From a virus (Duplodnaviria; Caudoviricetes): 64,000 nucleotides of DNA. The translations under genes were made by a program, and so were the position numbers. Within the stretch, counting starts at the first letter, position 1. Each line of letters begins with the position of its first letter. The notes beneath the pieces are model-generated. The model worked only from the letters and a program-made list of their open reading frames with translations. It made no database searches and had not been told where the DNA came from. The stretch is taken from positions 628 to 64,627 of IMG/VR virus record IMGVR_UViG_3300027708_000072. The stretch is one strand, 5' to 3'. Of the stretch, positions 7,726 to 17,315 are shown in pieces.

Positions 7726-10566
7726 ATGGATTTGAAAGTACTACTTGCTAAGTTAGATAAAATAGACCAACGTCAGATATTGACGGAAAGTGCCACGATA
7801 GTAGAAGAAGTACTTTCAGCTGAATTAGAATTATTAAAAGAATCATATATTGCCTTGATGGAACGTGTGCGTGGTAAAGAATTAGAAGCATTACGCAACG
7901 TTAAAGATGAAGAACAACGCAAAAAACAAATAGCCATTTTAGCTGTTAAGAACAATTATCCCGGCTTGTTTGATCCTGTTACAGGTAAATGGGTTGATTA
8001 CAAAGGTAACTATGCTTGGTTCGGGCCTTACAAAGCTGAAGTTGAGCAAATGGAAAAAGACGGCTTGGTTCCGCCAGAAGCGCATACAAGTGCATTTTGG
8101 GGATTAATGGGCAAAGATGAACGCGATGCCTATGCTAGCAGTCAAGAAAACCGTTCCAAATATGACCTAGTGGATGATGCTGATGATATCATCGACAAAG
8201 CAAATCAAAGCAAAAGCTCTATTGCTGAAAGTGTTAATAAAGGAACACTTGCACGAGCTATAACCGAAGGCTTTGGCTATTCATTTATTCAACTTAACGA
8301 AAATATTAGCGAAAAAGAACATAATACATTAAAAGCAATTATTGAAAAATTAAACGACAATAAGTTTAAAGATGATGCTGATGTTCAAGCTATACTTAAA
8401 AAATATCAAGAATACGTATTATACCGCGATCAACTGATTGCTAAAATTAAACAAGCATTAGCAGAATTAAAAGGCAAAATGCCGCAAGCTAAACCACTGG
8501 CTGAATCTCGCGGGCAATTAACAGAAGAAATTTATCTAGTTCCCCATAAAGATAATACAGTAAGTGCTGTACATCTTTTTATAGATGCCGATGGCAATGT
8601 TGTTGAATATGCTATTAACGAAGACATCGAAGCACTGGGTCGCGGACTTGGGGCAGGACTTACATTTGGTTGGAGCGACAACGCTGTTGCTAAAATGATT
8701 TCCATGTATAAAGGTACTGCATACGGTGACGAACTGGCAAAACAACTTGCGGCTACAGAAGCCGCTAAAGCACGTAGCCCAACATGGTACATGGCCGGTC
8801 AAGTGGGCGGTGTTATTGCTGGAAGTACTCTTATACCAGGAAGTGGTTTAGTAAAGGCTGGCGCACTAATTGGTGGTCAAATAGCCAGCGATAAGTTTGT
8901 TCGAGAGCCACACAATTTAGATACACTACAAAAAGCCAAAGATGCAAATGCTGTTAAAAAAGTACAAAAATCAACAGGACAAACTCCTACAGGAAAGATG
9001 GATACTAGCAGTGTGGCCGCTGTAAAAACTAATGGTGCGCAAGTTGGTACTAGCACGCCGTACGTTGATAACTCTCGCACTACGGTACAATCAGCACAAC
9101 AAGTTGAACCAGAATTGGCAGATGTATTTAAAGATGCTGGCGTTAAAGATTTACCCGGGTTAATTGCTGTATTGAAAAAAGCAGGTGCAGACACTTACGA
9201 CAAAGTAGGAACAACACTTGCTAATCTACTCAAAATTGATGCGGCTCCTACAACTGTATCGGAATCTATTGTATATTCCAGCATGAGCGAAAGCGAGCGC
9301 ATGGCTTATTTACGCGACCGCATGTTAGAATTGGACGAAGGCCTAAATCCGTTTCCAATGCTTGGAAGATTACTTGGAATTGGTGCTGAGGCCGCACTAC
9401 TTAGAGTGGTGGCCAATATTGGCAAAGAAGAAATTAAATTAGCGTCCGGAGAAATTTGGAAGAAAACTGCTACAGGCATGTGGGAAAACGGTGCTGGAAA
9501 ATTAACTAATCCATCAGAGGTGGGGAAATTTATACAGGCAGAATTAAAGACTCCAGCAGGACAAAAATTGTTTGTGCAAAATAATCCAATGGGTTCTGCC
9601 GCGGCAAGTACAACTACACAAGCAACTACACAAGCAACTACACAAGCAACTACACAAGCCGCCGCAAGTGCGCAATTAAAAACTGGTGCTCAAACTGTAG
9701 TTAAAAACGAGCATTATGTTCTTAATAAGAATGGCGTTTGGTTTAAAAAGGATCCGCAAACTGGTAAACTGACCCAGGCATCATCAACCGAAGCAAATGC
9801 CGCGACGAAATCCGCCTTGCAAAATCCAAAGAATTTAAAAGCTCCCCAGGCAAGTAATCAAGCAACTCAACCAGCTGGAAACAAACCACCAGCGGCAACT
9901 ACTCCTCCAGCAACTCCAGCGGCATCTACCAGTATGGTTAATAGTTTAAAAGCTAGATTTCCAAGAGTTACAGCCGCACTAAGTAAGACACCTACAGGAC
10001 TTGTTACAATAGCCAAATATGGTTGGAGTAAGAAATGGTGGATTGCAATAGCCGCTATTATTGCGGCTGGATACGCATCCACTACTAGTACAGACCCGGA
10101 ACCGCCCGGCCCAAACACAGTGACTGATCCAACCAAACCAGTCGACGGTAAGTGTACAACACCAGGCTATGAATTAAGTAAAGATGGTAAAACATGTGTG
10201 CCTTCGAGTAGTCAAGAAGTCGTGCCGACACCAGTAACACCAGTAACACCAGTAACACCAGTAGTGACAATTAATAATGTTCCAGTCACTCCAGAACAAT
10301 TAGTAACTATTCAAAAATATGCTGGCAATATTAAAGCTATGATGAAGCAGTTAGAAGCCATGTATCCTGCTGATAAAGAAACCAAAGACATGCGATCCGA
10401 AGTTGACGAAGCCTTAAAAGGTATTCCAGAATCAGCCCAAAGTAGTCAACAAGTTCAAAGTAGTCAACAAGTTCAAACTCAGAACTCACAACGACAAGCA
10501 TCAGGCAAGTTTGGATTTGATCCAACACCAGCCGGTTACGGTGGCAATATCAGACCTGCAAACTAA
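7726..10566 (+). CDS. Large virion/ejection protein candidate with membrane segments and low-complexity repeats
   Basis: 946 aa; GRGLGAGLTFGWSD glycine helix, hydrophobic KKWWIAIAAIIAAGYA, possible degenerate PG-binding segment (VKKVQKSTGQTPTGKMD). Confidence 0.55.
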   Translation: MDLKVLLAKLDKIDQRQILTESATIVEEVLSAELELLKESYIALMERVRGKELEALRNVKDEEQRKKQIAILAVKNNYPGLFDPVTGKWVDYKGNYAWFGPYKAEVEQMEKDGLVPPEAHTSAFWGLMGKDERDAYASSQENRSKYDLVDDADDIIDKANQSKSSIAESVNKGTLARAITEGFGYSFIQLNENISEKEHNTLKAIIEKLNDNKFKDDADVQAILKKYQEYVLYRDQLIAKIKQALAELKGKMPQAKPLAESRGQLTEEIYLVPHKDNTVSAVHLFIDADGNVVEYAINEDIEALGRGLGAGLTFGWSDNAVAKMISMYKGTAYGDELAKQLAATEAAKARSPTWYMAGQVGGVIAGSTLIPGSGLVKAGALIGGQIASDKFVREPHNLDTLQKAKDANAVKKVQKSTGQTPTGKMDTSSVAAVKTNGAQVGTSTPYVDNSRTTVQSAQQVEPELADVFKDAGVKDLPGLIAVLKKAGADTYDKVGTTLANLLKIDAAPTTVSESIVYSSMSESERMAYLRDRMLELDEGLNPFPMLGRLLGIGAEAALLRVVANIGKEEIKLASGEIWKKTATGMWENGAGKLTNPSEVGKFIQAELKTPAGQKLFVQNNPMGSAAASTTTQATTQATTQATTQAAASAQLKTGAQTVVKNEHYVLNKNGVWFKKDPQTGKLTQASSTEANAATKSALQNPKNLKAPQASNQATQPAGNKPPAATTPPATPAASTSMVNSLKARFPRVTAALSKTPTGLVTIAKYGWSKKWWIAIAAIIAAGYASTTSTDPEPPGPNTVTDPTKPVDGKCTTPGYELSKDGKTCVPSSSQEVVPTPVTPVTPVTPVVTINNVPVTPEQLVTIQKYAGNIKAMMKQLEAMYPADKETKDMRSEVDEALKGIPESAQSSQQVQSSQQVQTQNSQRQASGKFGFDPTPAGYGGNIRPAN
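9611..9658 (+). repeat. 12-bp tandem repeat CAACTACACAAG x4 (encodes TTQA)
   Basis: Four perfect in-frame copies read directly. Confidence 0.95.
10228..10263 (+). repeat. 9-bp tandem repeat ACACCAGTA x4 (encodes TPV)
   Basis: Four perfect in-frame copies. Confidence 0.95.
10438..10473 (+). repeat. 18-bp tandem repeat CAAAGTAGTCAACAAGTT x2 (QSSQQV)
   Basis: Two perfect copies. Confidence 0.9.
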
Positions 10567-10592
10567 ATCGGTAATCTTTTTTATCTAAACGA

Positions 10593-10621
10593 TTGCTCTC
10601 ACGAGATAATTAATATATAAT
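10593..10621 (+). promoter_or_regulatory. Sigma70-type promoter TTGCTC-N17-TATAAT
   Basis: Correct spacing, intergenic, upstream of AAGGAG and ATG 10646. Confidence 0.65.
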
Positions 10622-10645
10622 TAGGCTATAGTTAAGGAGACTTAC

Positions 10646-10903
10646 ATGTCAGGACGTTCATACGGTGCAGAAGAAAAGGCAAAATTGGAAAGATTAATCA
10701 GTGAAGGCAGTACAGTATTAAGAGAAATTGAAGATTTATCAGAAGGCTTGAAAGAAACAGTTAAGGCAGTGGCAGAAGAACTCAATGTGAAACCCAGCGT
10801 TATTAATCGTGCTATTAAGATTGCACACAAAGGCGATTGGACTGCTCACAATGAAGATTGGGCAGAAATTGAAGCTATTTTAGATATCACAAAACGTATC
10901 TAA
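10646..10903 (+). CDS. T4 DsbA-like / GapR-like small dsDNA-binding protein
   Basis: 85-aa helical protein with the pattern I-E-D-L-x3-K-E-x4-A-E-E-L-x-V-K-P-x2-I-N-x2-I-K; lies upstream of the DNA polymerase. Confidence 0.6.
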   Translation: MSGRSYGAEEKAKLERLISEGSTVLREIEDLSEGLKETVKAVAEELNVKPSVINRAIKIAHKGDWTAHNEDWAEIEAILDITKRI

Positions 10904-10982
10904 TAAGTATATAAAGAAAGGCAGGCGGGCCATAATCCGCACAGTAGGTATTTGCAAGCCCTAAATTGCATATGGAGAACTA

Positions 10983-13652
10983 ATGAGCTATGTAGACGCA
11001 TGGTTCGACCGTAATAACGATGTTATTAAAGTTGTCGAACGCAACAAAAAAGGTGAAAGGGAATTCAGAGACATTCCTGTACGCCACACATTTTACTATA
11101 AAGACGCCCGTGGAAAGTATCTTTCAATTTACGGTGACGCTCTAAGCAAAGTTGTAGTTAAAAGTACAAAAGAACTACGCAAAGAACAAGCAATCAATTC
11201 AGGTAAACAATTATTTGAATCCGATATCAATCCAATCTTTGTAACACTTAGCGAAAACTATCTTAATGCAGACGCTCCCAAACTAAACGTAGCGTTTTTC
11301 GATATTGAAGTGGACTTTGATCCAGAACGAGGCTATAGCACACCAGATGATGCGTTCATGCCTATTACTGCTATCGCTGTTCACTTACAATGGATGGAAA
11401 CTATGGTATGCTTGGCAGTTCCGCCAAAGACACTGACCATGGAAGAAGCTACGGCTATGGTTGAAGAGTTTCCAAATACCATGCTGTTTAAAACAGAAGC
11501 GGAAATGTTGGATGTATTTTTAGATTTGATTAAAGAAGCAGATATATTAACTGGTTGGAATTCGGAAGGTTATGATATTCCCTATACAGTCAATCGTGTT
11601 ACCAAGGCACTGAGCAAAGACGACACAAGACGTTTTTGTTTGTTTGATCAATATCCTAAACGCAGAGAATATGAAAAGTTTGGACGCCAATCAGTCACAT
11701 ATGACCTCGTAGGTCGTGTACACTTGGACAGTCTTGAACTGTATCGCAAATACACATATGAAGAACGTCACAGCTACAGACTGGATGCTATTGCTGAATA
11801 TGAACTAGGTGAACGTAAAACACAATACGAAGGCACATTGGATCAACTTTATAATCATGATTTTAAAAAGTTCATCGAATACAACAGGCAAGACTGTGCG
11901 CTTCTTGATCGTTTAGACAAGAAGCTTAAATTCCTGGACCTTGCCAATACACTGGCACATGAAAATACTGTGCTACTGCAAACAACAATGGGTGCTGTGG
12001 CTGTAACTGAACAGGCCATTATTAACGAAGCCCACAGACGTAACATGCAAGTACCCAATCGTACCAAGATGGACGACCGTGAAGAAAATACGGCCGCGGC
12101 AGGTGCTTATGTGGCATATCCCAAAGAAGGTATACACGACTGGATTGGTTCACTAGACATCAACAGTCTTTATCCCAGTGCCATTCGTGCGCTCAATATG
12201 GGGCCAGAAACTATTATTGGTCAGTTGCGTCAAACAATGACACAAGAATATATCGATAACAAGATGGCCAAAGGTTCTAGCTTTGCGGCATCGTGGGAAG
12301 GTATTTTTGGATCATTGGAATATACTGCTGTGATGAATCAAGAGATTGGCACTGATATTACTATCGACTGGGAGAATGGACAGACTGATGTGGTCAGTGC
12401 GGCTGAGGTATACAAGTTGATCTTTGACAGTCATCAGCCTTGGGTACTCAGTGCCAACGGCACAATCTTTACTTATGAGAAAGAAGGTATCATTCCCGGC
12501 TTGTTAAAGCGTTGGTATGCTGAACGTAAAGAAATGCAGGCAAAACTCAGAGACTGTATTAAGACAGGCAATAAGATTGAAGAAGAATACTGGGACAAGC
12601 GTCAGTTGGTTAAGAAGATTAACCTAAACAGTTTGTATGGTGCTATTCTTAACCCCGGTTGTAGATTCTTTGACAAGCGCATTGGACAGTCGACTACACT
12701 TACTGGTCGCCAGATTGTTAAACACATGGCGGCCAAAGTAAATGAGATTGTTGCTGGGGACTATGACTATCGCGGTAAAGCTATTATATATGGCGATACA
12801 GACTCATGTTACTTCTCAGCATATAAGACACTACAAAAAGATATCGATGCTGGTAATATCGAATGGACACGAGAGAATGTAATCCAACTGTATGACAATA
12901 TTGGCGAAGAGGTTAATACAACTTTTCCGCAGTTTATGTTGGACACATTTCACGTGCCAAAAACACGCGGTGAAGTTATTAAAGCAGGTCGTGAAATTGT
13001 AGGTAGTAAGAGTTTGTTTATTACTAAAAAGCGTTATGCCGTGCTGTACTATGATAAGGAAGGCAAACGGGCAGACGTAGATGGTAAACCTGGTAAGATC
13101 AAGGCCATGGGCTTGGATCTGAAGCGTAGTGATACGCCGGAATTTATTCAGAACTTTTTGAGCGATGTACTTGAAAAGGTCTTAACAGGAGCCACCGAAA
13201 CAGATGTATTAGCACATATCAGTGAATTTAGATTGAGATTTAAAAGTAGGCCGGGTTGGGAGAAAGGTAGCCCAAAACGTGCTAACAAAGTTACTGAATA
13301 TCAAGCTAAAGAAGAAAAAGCAGGTAAGGCTAATATGCCTGGACATGTTCGTGCAAGTATTAACTGGAATACATTAAAACGTATGTTTGGTGACAAGTAC
13401 AGTATGAATATCACAGACGGGCAAAAAGTTATTGTTTGTAAACTAAAACAAAATCCTATGGGATTTACATCAGTCGCATATCCTGTAGACGAATTACGTT
13501 TGCCACAATGGTTTAAAGACATGCCGTTTGATCATGAAGAAATGGAACAGACTATTATTGATAACAAATTAGATAACTTAATTGGCGTATTGAAATGGGA
13601 CGTTCGTAGCACAGAAGAAAAGAATACTTTTAATTCACTATTCGAGTTTTAA
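10983..13652 (+). CDS. Family B DNA polymerase (T4 gp43-like)
   Basis: ExoI FDIEV, ExoII GWNSEGYDIPY, ExoIII YNRQD; polymerase motifs DINSLYPS, KINLNSLYG, YGDTDS, KKRY. Confidence 0.97.
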   Translation: MSYVDAWFDRNNDVIKVVERNKKGEREFRDIPVRHTFYYKDARGKYLSIYGDALSKVVVKSTKELRKEQAINSGKQLFESDINPIFVTLSENYLNADAPKLNVAFFDIEVDFDPERGYSTPDDAFMPITAIAVHLQWMETMVCLAVPPKTLTMEEATAMVEEFPNTMLFKTEAEMLDVFLDLIKEADILTGWNSEGYDIPYTVNRVTKALSKDDTRRFCLFDQYPKRREYEKFGRQSVTYDLVGRVHLDSLELYRKYTYEERHSYRLDAIAEYELGERKTQYEGTLDQLYNHDFKKFIEYNRQDCALLDRLDKKLKFLDLANTLAHENTVLLQTTMGAVAVTEQAIINEAHRRNMQVPNRTKMDDREENTAAAGAYVAYPKEGIHDWIGSLDINSLYPSAIRALNMGPETIIGQLRQTMTQEYIDNKMAKGSSFAASWEGIFGSLEYTAVMNQEIGTDITIDWENGQTDVVSAAEVYKLIFDSHQPWVLSANGTIFTYEKEGIIPGLLKRWYAERKEMQAKLRDCIKTGNKIEEEYWDKRQLVKKINLNSLYGAILNPGCRFFDKRIGQSTTLTGRQIVKHMAAKVNEIVAGDYDYRGKAIIYGDTDSCYFSAYKTLQKDIDAGNIEWTRENVIQLYDNIGEEVNTTFPQFMLDTFHVPKTRGEVIKAGREIVGSKSLFITKKRYAVLYYDKEGKRADVDGKPGKIKAMGLDLKRSDTPEFIQNFLSDVLEKVLTGATETDVLAHISEFRLRFKSRPGWEKGSPKRANKVTEYQAKEEKAGKANMPGHVRASINWNTLKRMFGDKYSMNITDGQKVIVCKLKQNPMGFTSVAYPVDELRLPQWFKDMPFDHEEMEQTIIDNKLDNLIGVLKWDVRSTEEKNTFNSLFEF

Positions 13653-13653
13653 T

Positions 13654-14427
13654 ATGAAAATTATAATTGCAGGATACGGATTTGTTGGAAGGGCGGTGGC
13701 TAGTGCGTTACAAACTAAACACGAACTAGTCATTATCGATCCAAAATATAACGATAATCGAATCACAGACCATATAGATGCAGACGGCATTATCGTCTGC
13801 GTGTCTACTCCGACTACTGAGAATGGTATTTGTAATGTAAACAATATTGCCAATGTATTAGATGTAGTTCCATTTTTTATGCCTGTTATGATTAAAAGTA
13901 CATTAACTCCTCCTAATGTACAAGGGTTCAAAGAGATTTACGAAAATCACAGTATTGTTTACAGTCCTGAATTTTTAAGGGCTAATAGTGCTGAGGCAGA
14001 TTTTGCCAATCAAAAATATATTATCGTAGGTGGAGAAGATCCAGAAGGATTTTGGCACGAATTATTTACTACCACATTGCCCAATTGCAAAATGATTTTT
14101 CAATGCAGTGAGGAAGAAGCGTGTATGATCAAATATACTGTAAATTGTTTCCTTGCCCTAAAGGCCAGTTACTTTAATCAAATAGCAGACATTTGTGATA
14201 ACAACAAAATGGACTACGATATCGTAAGACACATTGTAAGTCAGGACGCTAGGATTGGTGCAGGACATACACTGGTTCCAGGCCCAGATGGACAGCGAGG
14301 ATGGGGAGGTGCATGTTTTCCCAAAGACACTGAAGCATTTTTGCAGTGGTCCAACACTATTGGAATGCCAGCAACATTGGTAGAATCATCTATCCAATAC
14401 AACAACAAAGTAAGAAAAAACTCTTGA
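13654..14427 (+). CDS. UDP-glucose/GDP-mannose 6-dehydrogenase family protein (short form)
   Basis: GYGFVG Rossmann motif, CVSTP, IKST, YSPEFL, catalytic GGACFPKD; 257 aa, apparently lacking the C-terminal UDP-binding domain. Confidence 0.88.
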   Translation: MKIIIAGYGFVGRAVASALQTKHELVIIDPKYNDNRITDHIDADGIIVCVSTPTTENGICNVNNIANVLDVVPFFMPVMIKSTLTPPNVQGFKEIYENHSIVYSPEFLRANSAEADFANQKYIIVGGEDPEGFWHELFTTTLPNCKMIFQCSEEEACMIKYTVNCFLALKASYFNQIADICDNNKMDYDIVRHIVSQDARIGAGHTLVPGPDGQRGWGGACFPKDTEAFLQWSNTIGMPATLVESSIQYNNKVRKNS

Positions 14428-14452
14428 CTTTAAGCAAAAACCTAAATATAAT
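14424..14452 (+). promoter_or_regulatory. Sigma70-type promoter TTGACT-N17-TATAAT
   Basis: Near-consensus with 17-nt spacer; AAGGAG RBS before ATG 14471. Confidence 0.8.
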
Positions 14453-14470
14453 ACACATAAGGAGATTCAT

Positions 14471-15202
14471 ATGAAAGATATTTTACAGGACCTAGTAGCA
14501 CATACACATAGTCTAGGATTTTTACCGCTAGTTAAAATTTCTAGCACAGACCAAGAAACAGTTATCGAAGGCATGGCAGAAGACCGTAGCGTTATTTTGC
14601 AAGCCAAAACAAACAAGCCAGTTGGTCAATTTGACGGCACATTTGGTATGCCCAACTTGAACAAATTGGATTTGCATTTGAAGTGCCCAGAATACAAAGA
14701 AGGTGCTAGTATTGAAGTGGTTACCCAACAACGCAACGGCGAAGACATTCCAACTGGCTTGCATTTTGAAAATGCGTTCGGCGACTTTAAAAACGACTAT
14801 CGTTTTATGAACGCAGAAATCATTAATGAACAGATGAAAACTGTCAAGTTCAAAGGTGCAAGTTGGAACATTGAATTTGAACCAGCTGTTGCCAGTATTC
14901 AAAAGTTAAAGTACCAGGCGGCCGCACATACTGAAGAAACTACTTTCCAAGTAACGACCAAAGATGATAACTTGGTGTTTAGCTTTGGTGATGCAACTAC
15001 ACACGCAGGATCATTTGTATTCCAAGCAGGTGTTACAGGTAAACTAAAACAAACATGGGCATGGCCAGTTAGTCAAGTGCAAAGTATTTTGAACTTGAGC
15101 GGTGATTGCACAATGCGTATTAGTGATGCAGGTGCATTACAAATTACAGTAAACAGTGGATTGGCTGAATACAATTACATTTTGCCAGCACAAGCCAAAT
15201 GA
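14471..15202 (+). CDS. Probable DNA polymerase sliding clamp (gp45/PCNA-like)
   Basis: 243 aa, two-repeat alpha/beta pattern, ends ...ITVNSGLAEYNYILPA like clamp C-termini; replication-gene context. Confidence 0.6.
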   Translation: MKDILQDLVAHTHSLGFLPLVKISSTDQETVIEGMAEDRSVILQAKTNKPVGQFDGTFGMPNLNKLDLHLKCPEYKEGASIEVVTQQRNGEDIPTGLHFENAFGDFKNDYRFMNAEIINEQMKTVKFKGASWNIEFEPAVASIQKLKYQAAAHTEETTFQVTTKDDNLVFSFGDATTHAGSFVFQAGVTGKLKQTWAWPVSQVQSILNLSGDCTMRISDAGALQITVNSGLAEYNYILPAQAK

Positions 15203-15363
15203 GTCAAGTAGATCCAAAAATACTCGAACTAGAAAGACAGATACAGTTCTTAAAGGAACAAGTTATCCGTCTTTCTAAAATGTGCGAGTACTTAGATCGT
15301 GAACGGGTTCGTTCAAAAAATGACATAGGTCAAATCGTACAAGAAGTACGATCACGGAGATAA
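15199..15363 (+). CDS. Small coiled-coil protein (54 aa; absent from the ORF track)
   Basis: ATGA overlap with the clamp stop; MSQVDPKILELERQIQFLKEQVIRLSKMCEYLDRERVRSKNDIGQIVQEVRSRR. Confidence 0.65.
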   Translation: MSQVDPKILELERQIQFLKEQVIRLSKMCEYLDRERVRSKNDIGQIVQEVRSRR

Positions 15364-15370
15364 TATATGA

Positions 15371-17083
15371 GTGCCGCAAATGAATAAGAATCTAACAGCA
15401 CATCAAAGCGATTATGCGTACTTCCTGCCGGCAACGTCGGGCTTTTACAGCACATACATAGGTAAACAACGATACAGTAACTATGTGGATCCTGCACGTA
15501 TTCCTGCCAGCTTTGGACCACTGGGCATTGAAGCAATGAACTATTTGAATCCCAATGCGGCATTTTACTTTGACCATTGTTTGTATTCAGCTGGCCATGC
15601 CAACTTGGATTTGACCAAACCTGATCCGAGTGAGGATATGTTCCGCAACAGAGACCGTAGCACTAGTTGGGTATTAGGTGACTCGGGCGGATTCCAGATT
15701 GGTAAAGGTGTCTGGGAAGGCGAATGGAATGATCCTACAGGACCTGTAGTTGCACAACGTATGGCTGAGGCTGTGGCCAAAGGTATTGAACTTGTTCCGC
15801 AGATGCATCCAACGGGTCATGCCAAGACAGACAAGAACGGCAATCCCAAGTATACCAAGATCGACCATGTTAAAGTATATCAAGCTAAACTGGATGCGGC
15901 TCAAAAGAAACGCAGTCAAGTGTTAACTTGGATGGATGCACTCATGGATTATGGCATGGTATTAGATATTCCAGCATGGGTTGCTCGTAGTCCAGTTGGT
16001 GCTAAAAATAGTGGAATTGCCAGTTATGATCAAGCGGTTAGTGCAACCAAGTATAACAATGAATACTGGATCAAACATCGTAACGGTAATTGTAAATTCT
16101 TAAATGTATTACAAGGCGAGAATCACGCACAAGCAGAAGATTGGTATCAGCAAATGAAAGACTTTTGCGATCCAACAAAATATGAACGTCCGTTCAACGG
16201 CTGGGCCATGGGTGGCCAGAACATGTGTGACGTGGATTTAGTATTACGCAGATTAGTGGCATTGAAGTTTGATGGCTTGTTGGAAAAAGGTCATCAAGAT
16301 TGGATGCACTTCTTGGGCACCTCTAAATTAGAGTGGGCATTACTTTTAACTGACATACAACGAGCCATAAGGAAATATCACAATGCAAACTTTACCATAT
16401 CTTTTGATTGCGCCTCACCGTTTTTGGCAACTGCAAATGGACAAATCTACGTCCAAACAGAAATTACAGACAGAGAAAAATGGCTCTACAGAATGTTGCC
16501 CAGCCTTGATGACAAAAAATACAGTCAAGACACACGTCTCTTCCAAGACGTTGTAGTACAAGACAAGCACTTTAGCAGTTTTACCACCAGTCCTTTAATG
16601 GACGGAGTCCAAGTCAAAGACATCTGTATCTATGGTCCTAATGATGTGAACAAAATTGGCAAAATTGGCAAGACATCATGGGATAGTTTCACTTACGCAA
16701 TTATGATGGGCCATAATGTTTGGTTGCATTTGAACAGCGTACAAGAAGCCAATCGTCAATATGATGCTGGTTTATGTCCTGCTATGTTAGTACAAGAAAA
16801 GTTTAATAGAATTTATTTTAAAGATGTTGTTGATGCTATCTTTAGTTGCGACGACAGAGATACTGCTAACGCAGTTATCGATAGCTTTGATAAATTTTGG
16901 CAAGCTATTCCAGGTACACGTGGCGCTATTGGTAAGAAAACTGTTAATGCTAGTACCATGTTTGCCAACTTGTTTGACGAAGTAGGCGCAGATCCTGTAC
17001 AATCAGAAGACGAAGCGGATTTTGACGAATCTGCAATTGATAAACTAGACGATTTGGAAGCCAGCGTCCATGACATTACCTGA
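15371..17083 (+). CDS. dpdA: TGT-fold 7-deazaguanine transglycosylase (DpdA-like)
   Basis: DSGGFQ, VLDIP, VLQG, GWAMGG, HFLG and SFD motifs in TGT order; same locus as folE and queE; start may be ATG 15380. Confidence 0.8.
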   Translation: MPQMNKNLTAHQSDYAYFLPATSGFYSTYIGKQRYSNYVDPARIPASFGPLGIEAMNYLNPNAAFYFDHCLYSAGHANLDLTKPDPSEDMFRNRDRSTSWVLGDSGGFQIGKGVWEGEWNDPTGPVVAQRMAEAVAKGIELVPQMHPTGHAKTDKNGNPKYTKIDHVKVYQAKLDAAQKKRSQVLTWMDALMDYGMVLDIPAWVARSPVGAKNSGIASYDQAVSATKYNNEYWIKHRNGNCKFLNVLQGENHAQAEDWYQQMKDFCDPTKYERPFNGWAMGGQNMCDVDLVLRRLVALKFDGLLEKGHQDWMHFLGTSKLEWALLLTDIQRAIRKYHNANFTISFDCASPFLATANGQIYVQTEITDREKWLYRMLPSLDDKKYSQDTRLFQDVVVQDKHFSSFTTSPLMDGVQVKDICIYGPNDVNKIGKIGKTSWDSFTYAIMMGHNVWLHLNSVQEANRQYDAGLCPAMLVQEKFNRIYFKDVVDAIFSCDDRDTANAVIDSFDKFWQAIPGTRGAIGKKTVNASTMFANLFDEVGADPVQSEDEADFDESAIDKLDDLEASVHDIT

Positions 17084-17315
17084 TGAAAGATATCGAGCAG
17101 TAGTACAGACTCAAAGATTCTTATTAAAAATCTTGACCACTCCTCGAGTTCCTAAAGCCGTTAAAGATGAAGCAAGAGCATGTTTGCGTCACTATCCCAG
17201 CGAATGGGATATGGAGCAGGCCGCAGAAGCAAGCCCGCATGTGTTTGCCAAACGTATGGAAGATGTAACTCGAATGTTTAAATCCTACGAGGAAAAGAAA
17301 AATGAGCAAGCGTAG
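17070..17315 (+). CDS. Small conserved hypothetical protein (BPSL0761-like)
   Basis: MTLPDERYRAV...PRVPKAVKDEARACLRHYP pattern. Confidence 0.65.
   Translation: MTLPDERYRAVVQTQRFLLKILTTPRVPKAVKDEARACLRHYPSEWDMEQAAEASPHVFAKRMEDVTRMFKSYEEKKNEQA

Noticed and set aside
9611-10473. Short tandem repeats as a possible CRISPR array
   Set aside because: No spacers; the units are multiples of 3 inside a coding frame.
10983-13652. Intein or intron in the DNA polymerase (or other enzymes)
   Set aside because: 889 aa with contiguous motifs and normal length; no splicing motifs or homing endonuclease seen.
15371-17083. Calling this a bacterial tRNA-guanine transglycosylase (tgt)
   Set aside because: No C-terminal CxCxxC zinc motif, much longer, and in replication-gene context; a tRNA target is not formally excluded.
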